A stretch of 63,583 nucleotides of DNA, filler included, from Octopus bimaculoides (lineage: Eukaryota): the NCBI RefSeq assembly GCF_001194135.2. It is 7 parts of 7 records of this genome, joined end to end, with 100 filler letters (N's around TTAATTAATTAA, not from the genome) between each part and the next. Parts side by side here need not be neighbours in the genome. Positions count along the whole stretch, not along the records: positions 9,955 to 32,988 come from NC_069006.1; 6 more parts are not named here. One strand, 5' to 3'. Position numbers and translations under genes: made by a program. Positions 12,502 to 24,069 of the stretch are shown piece by piece (the first letter of the stretch is position 1; every line of letters begins with the position of its first letter). A model generated the notes under the pieces. The model ran no database searches and had not been told where the DNA came from. It saw only the letters and a program-made list of their open reading frames with translations.

Positions 12502-12724
12502 CTGGCAGTCAGAGCACAAATGCCGCCAATTGCAATCACATATTTGGCAATGGTCCATCCAATTCTCTCAAAGACAAACGGTAAAGAAGCACTAGCATCT
12601 AGCAGATAATAAGGAGACATCGTGGTCAGAACCAGTGATATCAAGAAGTAGAAGATGAACACAATGAAGAGGCTGACGATGATGCTGATGGGGATGGCTT
12701 TCTGAGGGTTTTTGGCTTCTTCAC
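12502..12724 (-). CDS. SLC7A1-4-like: CAT copy A exon 7
   Basis: cag/gtaag, 223 nt; GEEAKNPQKAIPISIIVSLFIVF...YVIAIGGICALTAS (GEEAKNP signature). Confidence 0.95.
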
Positions 12725-12839
12725 CTGAAAAATAAATAAATAAAAATAAGAAAAATAAAAAGAGAGGTGCTGGAAGTTCAGGAAGTGGTTCAGATATGCA
12801 TATGCAAAGAGCAGGAAGTTCAGTTAGGATCGAACTGGG

Positions 12840-13070
12840 ATGACCTCATGAGCGTGAAATATATCGTTGAAATTTATTGAAAAACAAAAGATGAAGATAG
12901 GTGTAGGAACAACAAGCAAGTGTATTAGTTTGACGTTCGGGAAAATGAAAAAGTCTTTTATGTTTCGAGCCTACGCTCTTCAGCAACAGAAAGGAATATG
13001 AGAAAATAAACAGAGAATGAAAAACAAAAATTGTAGATTTCAGCAGCCCAACATGGCGAATGATTGGNNN
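12840..13070 (-). mobile_element. Penelope-type terminal repeat fragment with hammerhead-like motif (12955-12992)
   Basis: Minus strand ctgttgctgaagagcgtaggctcgaaacataaaag; same family as 51190-51335. Confidence 0.55.
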
Positions 13071-13265
13071 NNNNNNNGTATAGAAATTTGTTATTCTAAA
13101 TTCAATTTATTCTTCTATTGGGATACATAATGAAATCAATTCTGAATTTATAATGCAAAAAATAGTAGTAGTAATAATATTAATAATAAAAAACGAAAAT
13201 ATAAAATTTACCACTTTTATGATGGGAAATAAATTTTATCGCATATGTTGAAGGAAATTATGTAA

Positions 13266-14350
13266 GGAGACTTCAAACAGATATTACCAGTGATTCCGAG
13301 AGGAACAAAATCTGATGAAATAAGAGCATGCATTGAGTCTTCACACCTATGGAATAAAGTACAGAAATTCTCCTCTATGCGAGCTCTATTACATGGCGAC
13401 CAATGTGCAGAACAGTTTTCAACTTGGCTCCTCCAATAAGGAAATTGGAAAGTACCATATGATGGGAATGGTGATATCAATTTGGTTCATATTGCTGTCA
13501 TGGTGAATTCCCCAGCTGAATTTTGAGCGTAGCCGTTGCCAGTACCGCCTGACTGGCCTTCGTAGGATTTTCGAGCGAGATTGTTGCCAGTTCCTCCTGG
13601 ACTGGCTCTTGTGCGGGTGGCACATAAAATAAACCATTTTGAGCGTGGCTGTTGTCAGTACCACCTGACTGGCGTTCGTGCGGGTGACACGTAAAAGCAC
13701 CCACTACACTCTCTGAGTGGTTGGCGTTAGGAAGGGCATCCAGCTGTAGAAACTCTGCCAAATCAGATTGGAGCCTGGTGTTGCCATCTGATTTCACCAG
13801 TCCTCAGTCAAATCGTCCAACCCATGCTAGCATGGAAAGCGGACGTTTAAACGATGATGATGATGATGAATNNNNNNNNNNNNNNNNNNNNNNNNNNNNN
13901 NNNNNNNNNNNNNNNNNNNNNNNNNNNAATTTTGAGCGTAGCCGTTGCCAGTACCGCCTGACTGGCCTTCGTAGGATTTTCGAGCGAGATTGTTGCCAGT
14001 TCCTCCTGGACTGGCTCTTGTGCGGGTGGCACATAAAATAAACCATTTTGAGCGTGGCTGTTGTCAGTACCACCTGACTGGCGTTCGTGCGGGTGACACG
14101 TAAAAGCACCCACTACACTCTCTGAGTGGTTGGCGTTAGGAAGGGCATCCAGCTGTAGAAACTCTGCCAAATCAGATTGGAGCCTGGTGTTGCCATCTGA
14201 TTTCACCAGTCCTCAGTCAAATCGTCCAACCCATGCTAGCATGGAAAGCGGACGTTTAAACGATGATGATGATGATGAATTGAAGAAAAGTGTATTGCCA
14301 GACTTAAGTAATAATTATAATTCACATAAATGTTTGTGTGAAAAGACAAA
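13266..14350 (+). mobile_element. Helitron PIF1-helicase fragment split by an RTE-type insertion
   Basis: GDFKQILPVIPRGTKSDEIRACIESSHLWNKVQ...RALLHGDQCAEQFSTWLLQ*GN...NSPAE continues as LKKSVLPDLSNNYNSHKCLCE once 13523-14281 is removed. Confidence 0.85.
13523..14275 (+). mobile_element. 5'-truncated RTE-type element with (GAT)n tail and TGAATT target-site duplication (shown twice across a gap)
   Basis: TGAATT at 13517-13522 and 14276-14281; ends gcatggaaagcggacgtttaaacgatgatgat. Confidence 0.8.
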
Positions 14351-14864
14351 TGCAGCCAAATCTGTGATGTCATTATTTGTCTCCCTTGGTATGTCTCTTG
14401 AAGTTAAATCACTAATTTGACAGTTTCTTTTTGATAGTCCTGAGCCAGACTCTTACAGGTGTTTGCTTGCCATGGCCAAAACTTGATCCACAATTTCAGT
14501 CTGTGCTTGGTTAAAAATTGTTTCAGAGAACTGAATATTGATATCTGGGTTCAGCTATGTTCTCTCACCATGTTTTATCCAAAGCTGTAGGGGACTGCCA
14601 AGTTGACACATGTTCAGTATAATTGTGTGTGTGTTTGCATGTGTGTGTGTGTGTACCTCTGTCTCCTTGTCTGTGCATGTCTGAGTGTATGTGTGTGTGT
14701 GTGCGCATGGATTTTGTGACTATATACTGTGTCTGTATGTATGGATGTGTATCTCCATATGTGTGGACATGTGTCTCCATATGTGTCCTTGTGTGAACTG
14801 AAGCATGTGTATATATGGTCATGTGTTTCAGTCTTCATTTGCATATGTGTGTGTCTAATGAGAA

Positions 14865-15202
14865 TACACTCAAGTGTAACTCATCAATAATTAGAATAGA
14901 CTGAGGTGTAACTCACCAGTGGTGAGTAGATTCAAGTGTAACTCAGCTGGGATAAGGACAAACTCATGTGTAATTCATCAGTAATGAGAATGAACCCAAG
15001 TGTGACTCACTAGTAATAAGAATAGACCCAAGTGTTATTCATCAGTAATAGGAATACACTCGAGTGTAACTTACTAACAATAACATCAAACTCAAAAGTA
15101 GTTCACAAATAATGATAATAGTGTCAAGTGTAACTCATCAGGAATAACACCATACTCAAGTGCAACTCACGAGTAATGATAACAGACTCAAGTGTAACTC
15201 AC
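14865..15202. repeat. Degenerate ~32-33-bp minisatellite, about 10 units
   Basis: Consensus actcaagtgtaactcatcagtaataagaatag; the last unit overlaps the exon 6 splice donor. Confidence 0.85.
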
Positions 15203-15317
15203 CTGTGGTAGCAATACAGTCAAATCCAATGAATCCATAGAAACATGTAGCAGCCCCAGACAACATTCCGGAGATGCCATAAGGCATGAACCCACCATCA
15301 CCGTACCCAGAGGGTAC
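15203..15317 (-). CDS. SLC7A1-4-like: CAT copy A exon 6
   Basis: cag/gtgag, 115 nt; [38 protein letters not shown] ([16 protein letters not shown] signature). Confidence 0.95.
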
Positions 15318-15379
15318 CTGAAATGGAGAAAAAGGCTTGTTTTAACCTGCACAAAGCCACCATCACTATATCCACTATA

Positions 15380-15943
15380 CTCTTTACTCTTTTACTTGTT
15401 TCAGTCTTTTGACTGTGGCCATGCTGGAGCACCGCCTTTAGTCGAGCAAATCGACCCCAGGACTTATTCTTTGGAAGCCTAGTACTTATTCTATCGGTCT
15501 CTTTTGCCGAACCGCTAAGTTACGGGGACATAAACACACCAGCATCGGTTGTCAAGCGATGTTGGGGGGACAAACACAGACATACAAACACATACACACA
15601 TACATATAAATATATATACATATATACGATGGGCTTCTTTCAGTTTCCATCTACCAANNNNNNNNNNACCGCTAAGTTACGGGGACATAAACACACCAGC
15701 ATCGGTTGTCAAGCGATGTTGGGGGGACAAACACAGACATACAAACACATACACACATACATATAAATATATATACATATATACGATGGGCTTCTTTCAG
15801 TTTCCATCTACCAAATCCACTCACAAGGCTTTGGTCGGCCCGAGGCTATAGTAGAAGACATTTGCCCAAGATGCCACGCAGTGGGACTGAACCCGGGACC
15901 ATGTGGTTGGTAAGAAAGCTACTTACCACACAGCCACTCCTAC
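15380..15943 (-). mobile_element. SINE family 1, full-length tRNA-headed copy
   Basis: Minus strand: ggagtggctgtgtggtaagtagc...gggttcagtcccactgcgtggca (A/B-box-like head), internal (TA/TG)n, tail gaaacaagtaaaagag; inner part duplicated across a 10-N gap. Confidence 0.85.
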
Positions 15944-16137
15944 GCCTATATCTATGTTTTCTTGAAATAATAAACTTCTATAGAGATTAAGATTTAAATT
16001 CTAATCTATGAAAAATTTCTGTTCTGCAATATTCTTAAAGTAACAAAAGATTTACGAATTCTGCAATCAGCCAAAAATTGGCAATAACATAATATGCAAG
16101 TATGTCAGTAACAAAAGAGACTTTGTGAAAAACTTAC

Positions 16138-16277
16138 TTCACTTTTGTCAATGCTCCAGTTCTTAAAGTCAATGTTGAAAAATCCACAGACGATAACACT
16201 GGTAAGTACAAGGAGATTGAGGACTGTAAAAACACTGTTGAAGATTGTAGATTGTTTCACTCCGATAGCAAGAATAA
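16138..16277 (-). CDS. SLC7A1-4-like: CAT copy A exon 5
   Basis: cag/gtaag, 140 nt; ILAIGVKQSTIFNSVFTVLNLLVLTSVIVCGFFNIDFKNWSIDKSE. Confidence 0.93.
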
Positions 16278-16369
16278 CTGGTAAAATAGATTGAATAGAA
16301 TGATATATTAACACCATTGTTAAATTATATGTCAGTTGAACTACACTGCCTACATTGGAAATGATTTTG

Positions 16370-16910
16370 AAAATATTGAAGAAATAACTGGTAGAATTTT
16401 TGTTTAAATACCCCATATAACTTCTCATAGCTTTTTTTTATTTTCTGGAATTTTCAGAAAATTTTTGTGATTTTGTTTTCTACACACAGGAATTCATATG
16501 ATGCTCTCTGACTTGTTTCAGTCATTTGACTGAAACAGTGGCCATGCTGGAGCACTGCCTTGAAGGGTTTTAGTTGAAGAAATTGACCCAATGTATTTGT
16601 CTCCCAACCATTCCATTAAATGTGTTTATGGGGAGAAAAACATTGAAAAACATCAATACATGTCAGAGTGACAAGGAAACAAAGGAGGTAGCAGGTGTTC
16701 GTGAGATGTGCTAAAAAGAACAGCTAAATCACCCTTAAATTACACATAAGCAAACAAAAAAATTTTTTCTTATTTCTTTAAAAATTGTATGAATTTCTGT
16801 GTGTAGGATACAAATTCACAAAAGTTTTTTGAAAATTCTAAAAAATATAAAAGTTACGAGGGGTTATAATGGGGTACTTAAACCAGAATTCTGCCAAGTA
16901 ATTTCGTCAT
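16370..16910. repeat. Diverged ~130-bp inverted repeat in CAT intron 4 with a SINE fragment in the loop
   Basis: 16370-16500 aligns to the reverse complement of ~16790-16910 (ggtagaatt...taccccat...gaattttca...ttttgtga...ctacacacag.aattcata). Confidence 0.7.
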
Positions 16911-17019
16911 TTTCGAGCTGATGCTTAGACATAAAATTTTGGAACATTTTGAAGTAAGATTTTAAAAACCAGGAATTTTGTACATCTTTTATATTTTAAC
17001 TTTCATCTTTTTCTTCTTT

Positions 17020-17325
17020 CAGTCATTAGACTGCTGTGGCCATGAATTGATCTGAGTTTATCTTTTTGTTAAACTTGGTACTTCTTTTATCGGCTTCTTT
17101 TGCTGAACTACTATGTTACGGGGATGTAAACAAACCAACACCAGTGATGATCTCAGGTAAGTTAATATTAAAAGTGATTTATACAAACACATGCACAAAC
17201 ACACATATGCACATACATACATAAAGACACACACAAGTATCTTCCAGTATGGCCTTGGGCCGACCAAAGTTTTGTGAGTGGATTTGGTAGATGGAAACTG
17301 AAAGAAGCCCGTCGTATATATATAT
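17020..17325. mobile_element. SINE family 1 fragments
   Basis: Minus-strand tail remnant followed by plus-strand ggccgaccaaag...gtgagtggatttggtagatggaaactgaaagaagccc. Confidence 0.65.
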
Positions 17326-17549
17326 ATGTGTGTGTGTGTGTATAATGATGCTTAGTTCCCATGTCCATGGTCTAAGGACTGAAATAAGTAAAAGATAAAT
17401 GACAATAAAAGATATATACACACACATATATATATATATATAATATATATATGTGTGTGTGTATATATATATATATATAATATGTGTATGTGTGTGTGTG
17501 TATAGTTGCAAGGTAAATAGTCAGTTTAAAACATGTATGTATGTGTGTG

Positions 17550-17594
<45 letters not shown>

Positions 17595-17621
17595 ACGCGT
17601 AGTGATGCTTAGTTTCCTTAC

Positions 17622-17777
17622 TTGTAAGTGATGCCACCAGACCCAACGCAAAGAAATCTGGATATTCCGCTAAGAAATCAACATGAATAGGCATGGTGGA
17701 GTTTAGGAAATTGGAGATTTTATAGTCAACCAATGTATTGAAATTTGCAGTCCAAGCTCTTGCTACACTTGCAGTTC
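17622..17777 (-). CDS. SLC7A1-4-like: CAT copy A exon 4
   Basis: cag/gtaag, 156 nt; GTASVARAWTANFNTLVD...AEYPDFFALGLVASLT (SVARAW and YPDFFA signatures). Confidence 0.95.
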
Positions 17778-18420
17778 CTGCAATGGAATTAAATGGTAAA
17801 ATTAGGAGCTCAAGTCTAACACTGGTTCATTGCAAAAAATACAGATGTTTACGAGAATATATATATATGCAATTGTAGCGTGGAAGGTGTTTATAAGCCA
17901 TTTAAAAACACACAAAAACCGTTAAATTCACTTCAACATTTAAATTTAATTTGCCAAAATATTTTCGTCGCTTTGAGACTGCGACATGTTCACTGACAAA
18001 ATTCCATGTTTTAAATGGTTTATAAACACCTTCCACGCTGCAATTCTTTTCGTTCCAGCATACGATCTCAGATCAGGTCACTTGCTATGCAAGTACATCT
18101 CCGTAATATATATGTATATATATATAAATTATATCATCATCATCATCATCATCTTCCTTTTGTGTCCATTTTCCATCCAAATCATCTAACCCATGCCACT
18201 TTTGTCAGTTCTTTTTGACTGGAGGAAAATAAAAGAAGGATAACACAGTTTTATGTCCCCTGCATTTGAGAAACTGGGTGCAACTGATGGGGAACGCATG
18301 ACAAGAAAAGCTCCATACAATGACAGGAAGACAGTGAATCTGTGTAAGAGTGAGAAAAGCAAGGAGAAATTAAAAGAATGATGTGGTTCATAAAAAAAAA
18401 TGGGGAATAAAGTTACTTAC

Positions 18421-18549
18421 CAATAGCATATTCGAGAACGAGGTTCCAACCAATGATAAAAGCAATCAGTTCGCCAACTGTGATGTAGCTATAGACATAG
18501 GCAGAGCCAGTCTTTGGGACTCGGGCCCCAAATTCAGCATAACAAAGCC
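18421..18549 (-). CDS. SLC7A1-4-like: CAT copy A exon 3
   Basis: cag/gtaag, 129 nt; [43 protein letters not shown]. Confidence 0.96.
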
Positions 18550-18990
18550 CTGACAAGAAAAGAAAGATCGATTGAGAGAGAAAAAGTTTTTAAAAGTTAT
18601 GTTAACATTTAAAAGAATTATTGGATGGGTTTAGACAGTGTACTTATATTTATTCAGGTATGGTATGGTTATGTGCTAAGAAGCTTGCTTCCCAACAACA
18701 AGGTTACGGGTTATGTCGAGAAGGGAAATTCCTCTGTAGTTGTTGTCATCTTCTTTGCCACCCTTGATGACCAGGGGCAATGACGAGTGGAAGAGGTTAG
18801 GATACTTGCTCTATAGCAACAGGCTCACGAGTGTCCAGATTTAGATTAACGGAGTCCGAGATAAACCGTAGCTATAATAAAATGATGGGGGAAAAGAGTA
18901 AAAATTTTAACATCTGAATGACAACAAAACTAAGCAAACTCGACGCCAAAATAAGTTACAAGACAAAATCAAAGTAAGATGTTAACAAAC

Positions 18991-19110
18991 CTGCAAGTAC
19001 TGATACAATGGCTGCTATGAAGAAGGACAGAACAATTGAGGGACCTGCCTTTGTCTTGGCAACCTCTCCTGATAATACATAGGCGCCAGCTCCTAGGGTA
19101 CTTCCCACTC
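18991..19110 (-). CDS. SLC7A1-4-like: CAT copy A exon 2
   Basis: cag/gt, 120 nt; [40 protein letters not shown] (TM1 GSTLGAG motif). Confidence 0.95.
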
Positions 19111-19944
19111 CTGTAAGAAAGAGAGAAGGAAAAAATCAACGATTTAAGGTCGAGCCAATGAGATTGGTTTTTATGTACGTAGTGGTCTTTCGATTGGTCA
19201 GAAATAGTAACCACATCATCAAATTATCAATTCCCTGTCGTTCTAAACATGAAAGTACAAAAGGAAAGGATATCTATGGAGGATAGATATAGAATAGTTT
19301 TAATAGCTTTTATGGCGTTTACTTCTAGTCACAGTATCTAATCACATGTTGCTGAAAATCAAGTAGTTATTGACTACCTGTCCATTTTGCGTCACGAAAG
19401 TGATCACGAACCAGGAGCTGGCATCTCGCCGATGGGTATCAGCTAGTTGCAGGTCCTCGCCTTCTTAATGATTAATCCCAAAATCTGTGAGACCTTCCAC
19501 GAGCTGGTGTATCATGTCATACATCGATCGTTCTGTTCTTAATATGAAAGCAATGCATATCATATCGCAGCGTACCTACCACAATGTAGGTTATTTGATT
19601 TCTCTTTCGGCAAAGGCAACCTCTAGTATATATTTGGCGGGAGTGTAGACAACCGAGGCTTTGACAAGGCATAAATAAGTCACTTTTCTTCTCTTTCGTA
19701 CTTGGGTAATAGTTTTGGGGAGAGAAGCACCCGTTTTGGTTATATAATGTTGCCATGCAGTTACTGTCAAGCGTTCTTTATCTAAAAATACGTTTTTTTT
19801 TGGTGGCCGGGTGTGTAAGTCGGGTTACTGGATCGTGTGAATTATCCGAGTCCGTACCCCACGTCACAAAAATTGAAAAAAAATAGTGTACTAGGTGTTT
19901 AATAATATGTAGTAAACGAATATGAAGAAAAAAAATTGCGCCGA

Positions 19945-20280
19945 CGAACGGGGAAGTGGTGACAGGACTCCGATCATGAATCCAATACCCTTACCACTAA
20001 GCTACACACCTCCTCAGCTGAATACTGGGATCGACGTAACCGATCATCCGCCTCCCACAAAATTTCAGGCTTAGTTGTAAGAAGCTTGCTTGCCAACAAC
20101 ATGGTTCCGGGATCAGTCTCACTGCATGGCACCTTGTGCAAGTGCCTTCCACTATAGCCAAAACCTCATGAGTAGATTTGGTGGACAGAAACTGAGGTCC
20201 ATTTGTTCGACTAACCGCTCCAGGTGGTCCTCCAGCATAGCTGAAGTTAAATGTTTGAAACAAGTAAAAGAGTAAAAGAA
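19945..20280. mobile_element. tRNA-like SINE head (minus) back-to-back with a degenerate SINE family 1 copy (plus)
   Basis: Minus strand ggaggtgtgtagcttagtggtaagggtattgg; plus strand gtaagaagcttgcttgccaacaacatggttccggg...gaaacaagtaaaagag. Confidence 0.6.
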
Positions 20281-20281
20281 A

Positions 20282-20321
<40 letters not shown>

Positions 20322-20437
20322 ACACACACGTATATATTTGTAGAGAATTTCATTAAAAGTTAGCCATTTTCTTGAAAACCGAACATATCAATATGTCTTA
20401 ACACGATTTCGAAGGAAATAAAAGATTGAAAACTCAC

Positions 20438-20462
20438 CCAAGAGTATAAGATCCAATAGTGT
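20438..20462 (-). CDS. SLC7A1-4-like: CAT copy A exon 1, 3' end (start codon hidden in gap 20463-21154)
   Basis: TLLDLILL-G then gtgag donor; phase 1 joins exon 2 to give [14 protein letters not shown]. Confidence 0.8.
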
Positions 20463-21299
20463 NNNNNNNNNNNNNNNNNNNNNNNNNNNNNNNNNNNNNN
20501 NNNNNNNNNNNNNNNNNNNNNNNNNNNNNNNNNNNNNNNNNNNNNNNNNNNNNNNNNNNNNNNNNNNNNNNNNNNNNNNNNNNNNNNNNNNNNNNNNNNN
20601 NNNNNNNNNNNNNNNNNNNNNNNNNNNNNNNNNNNNNNNNNNNNNNNNNNNNNNNNNNNNNNNNNNNNNNNNNNNNNNNNNNNNNNNNNNNNNNNNNNNN
20701 NNNNNNNNNNNNNNNNNNNNNNNNNNNNNNNNNNNNNNNNNNNNNNNNNNNNNNNNNNNNNNNNNNNNNNNNNNNNNNNNNNNNNNNNNNNNNNNNNNNN
20801 NNNNNNNNNNNNNNNNNNNNNNNNNNNNNNNNNNNNNNNNNNNNNNNNNNNNNNNNNNNNNNNNNNNNNNNNNNNNNNNNNNNNNNNNNNNNNNNNNNNN
20901 NNNNNNNNNNNNNNNNNNNNNNNNNNNNNNNNNNNNNNNNNNNNNNNNNNNNNNNNNNNNNNNNNNNNNNNNNNNNNNNNNNNNNNNNNNNNNNNNNNNN
21001 NNNNNNNNNNNNNNNNNNNNNNNNNNNNNNNNNNNNNNNNNNNNNNNNNNNNNNNNNNNNNNNNNNNNNNNNNNNNNNNNNNNNNNNNNNNNNNNNNNNN
21101 NNNNNNNNNNNNNNNNNNNNNNNNNNNNNNNNNNNNNNNNNNNNNNNNNNNNNNGTGTGTGTGTGTGTGTGCATGCGTGCGGCGTTGCATGTTCGCCATT
21201 TATTTCAATCACTCTTGTGAAGATATCCATATAACTTTCACTCATTTTTTTTCATTTAATCCCCATTTTAATTTTCAAAAAAGTTTCCTAAAAAAATAT

Positions 21300-21960
21300 T
21301 CTTGCTCTCTACAAGAGGAGACGGTGCAGACGTAGATGATCAGTATTCTATAGTAAAACATAGACGAGTACAGGTAGCCAGAGTAAGGTCTCTGGAGACC
21401 CCTGCACAGCGACAGCAAAGACATGGAAACGACCGAAGGAGAGCTGCTGTACGCAGGGCCAATGAGTCACAGGAGTCAAAGGAAAAACGGTTAGAACAAT
21501 TACGTCAGCAAAATGCAATCTGCAGGAGCCAAGCGTTAAAAAAAAAGGGAAAGAGAAAAACGTTTAAAGGGTGGAAGACAAAGACGAAGTGCCAGTTGCC
21601 AATGAGTCAAGAGTTCAGCGAGAGATGAGACAAAGAAAAGACCAGGAACCAACAATTGTTGCAAGACTTCGCCAATCCTCAGAGGAAAAGCGTAAGCGCT
21701 TTGATCAAGATGGTCTGAATACGTTTGACAAAAGAGTTGTACCTTTCAAGGGGATTGGAAAATATCGGCTTTCAACTATGGTCCAAAACATGATTATTTT
21801 ACAGAGAAATTGACTGATATTGGAGCAATGTCAAAAGAGTGCAGTTTTTGTAAAGGAAAGAAATGGGGAAGAGAAACCGCTACAATTCCCCTGCTGCAAA
21901 TGAAGTAACAGTAATTATTACAGGCGATGAGTATGGAAAGAGTGAGATATTATTATTCAA
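21300..21960 (+). mobile_element. Helitron Rep/helicase N-terminal remnant
   Basis: Arg/Glu/Gln-rich repeats (ETPAQRQQRHGNDRRRAAVRRANESQE), then DIGAMSKECSFCKGKKW..E (Zn-binding-like) and NEVTVIITGDEYGKSEI; frameshifted. Confidence 0.7.
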
Positions 21961-23059
21961 TTATGCCACAATTCGATCCGGTCGTTGCACTGTTGTGATA
22001 CTCGTCTCATCACAGTTGTAGATGTCATGGCCCTCAAACTTGTAGCGATCAAGCACTTCTGTCAGATTATCGAAAAACTTGTCCACGTTAGTTCGATTGA
22101 AGCTTGTTGCCCTACTCAGACTTGTGGCTTCTGGGGGTTAGGATGGAGAGGTTGGAATTCCGCTTCATAAACTTTGAGAACCAGTCAACACCAGCGCATT
22201 CATTGGCAGACTAGGAATCTGGACACTTGGTTTTATTGGCCTTCGCATAGTCATAAGCAAGGCTTCGAATGTCAGATGGAGTCAGATCATGGTAAATTTT
22301 AGCAGGTTTAAGGACGTAGGTCACAAGCAAGTCTTCTTGCTCCTTGGTAAAAACTGTACGCGGAGTAGCATATCCAACACTGGCTATTTTCCCCTCTGTC
22401 CTTAGTTTCTTGCAGTATCTGCAACGTCATGAAATTCACCTGAAAATATAAAGAAGTTGAAGGTTTATTTTTTGGTATAGCTGACGTTCTGTTAACATCT
22501 TAAAAGGTTAATATAAGGGATGCTGGTAACTTCATATCTAATGACCCTAAAACCTACCTCGAAATCTTTGGCAACATCTCGTACTGATTTTTTTTTCATC
22601 CACAACTTTTCTGGCGGCACTTTCCATGACATTAGTAGGGGCATCCCCCCTTTGTAGTCTTCCTTTTGTAATTTCTAGGCATGGCGTGTTAAAATGAAAT
22701 AGAAGGGGTAAGTTGATACACTGTAACAATTAACCTCCGACCATGGATTTCTGGGGATTACCTCGTACACAGCACTAGCAATGCATGACATCCAGGACAC
22801 ACCTTCATGTATCGAAGGCAACTTCCAACACGTCCTAATGAGCCACAAACTACTTCAGCAACACCATTTGAGTTTTAGTAGTTAAGGAAATAACTCTGTG
22901 ACAAAATTTCACTTTTGGAGTAAAAGATCGTTTTTTGAGCCATATCTTTCCTGGTGACAGCCCGCTAGTGCGATACACATGAGCAGTCATGATGCTATGG
23001 AGTTGGAAACAATGGGCTTGTAACACCTTACCCGTGTAACAGCTAGACCCGTTCTTCCC
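21961..23059 (-). mobile_element. pogo/Tigger-like DDE transposon, 3'-truncated, transposase pseudogene with an intron
   Basis: ATG at 22682: MPRNYKRKT...SAARKVVDEKK.VRDVAKDFE, intron 22557-22440 (gt...cag), then VNFMTL.RYCKKL...FTKEQEDLLVTYV...DWFSKFMKRN...PEATSLSRATSFNR...IYNCDETSIT; terminal ta-gggaagaacggg at 23059. Confidence 0.85.
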
Positions 23060-24069
23060 TATATATATCAAAGGAGTAAATATTCAGAAGTGAATATTTA
23101 TGTAGATATTATTGTTATTATTATCTGAGGTAATATAAATAGTTGATAATAACAACAACAATAATATAGGTAGTTGCTGGCCTAGAATACCATTAGATAG
23201 CTATAGAACTAAGATCAATATCAATCATAAGGGTGCACAAGGCGCCTACCTTCTAGAAAGGAGAGTTAAAACCCTCATTTAAACCACCACTAACACTGAA
23301 AAATACGAAAGAAAATCAACAGTAGTCATGCGAACGGATTAAAGAATTTTTTTACATACCTATGTTATAGTCCAATGCTTTATATTTTAGTATTTGGATA
23401 TGCTTGGATGATAATTTCTGGTTCTGGCGAAAACCTTACCCTCATCAGCAAGTTTTGAGGGTTTTAACTTTTCTTTCTAGCAGGTAGATGCCTTGTGATT
23501 CCTTACGATATGTATGCATGTGGTCGTGTAATGTGAACTAGCAAAAGGTAAGCTTTTAACATCCACAAACTTTAAAATCCACTAACAGCATCAGCAGTAG
23601 CAGCAGCTGCAGCAGCGGCGGCACCACCACCACCACCACCACCACCACCACCAGCAGCAGCAGCATGGTCTCCGTAGTTTTTGACTCTTGTTCCAGCTGT
23701 TGTTACTTATGCNNNNNNNNNNNNNNNNNNNNNNNNNNNNNNNNNNNNNNNNNNNNNNNNNNNNNNNNNNNNNNNNNNNNNNNNNNNNNNNNNNNNNNNN
23801 NNNNNNNNNNNNNNNNNNNNNNNNNNNNNNNNNNNNNNNNNNNNNNNNNNNNNNNNNNNNNNNNNNNNNNNNNNNNNNNNNNNNNNNNNNNNNNNNNNNN
23901 NNNNNNNNNNNNNNNNNNNNNNNNNNNNNNNNNNNNNNNNNNNNNNNNNNNNNNNNNNNNNNNNNNNNNNNNNNNNNNNNNNNNNNNNNNNNNNNNNNNN
24001 NNNNNNNNNNNNNNNNNNNNNNNNNNNNNNNNNNNNNNNNNNNNNNNNNNNNNNNNNNNNNNNNNNNNN

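Noticed and set aside
13523-14275. Identical tandem duplication of ~350 bp
   Set aside because: Copies are identical and separated by an N gap, typical of unmerged contig overlap; same for 15510-15810 and 47996-48215.
16278-16428. In-frame 5' extension of exon 5 (ORF 16105-16428)
   Set aside because: The extension is AT-rich intron and foldback sequence; the canonical cag acceptor at 16278-16280 keeps phase with exon 4.
19945-20015. tRNA-like sequence
   Set aside because: Only the 5' half and D-arm are recognisable; no T-arm or acceptor stem, so a SINE head rather than a tRNA gene.
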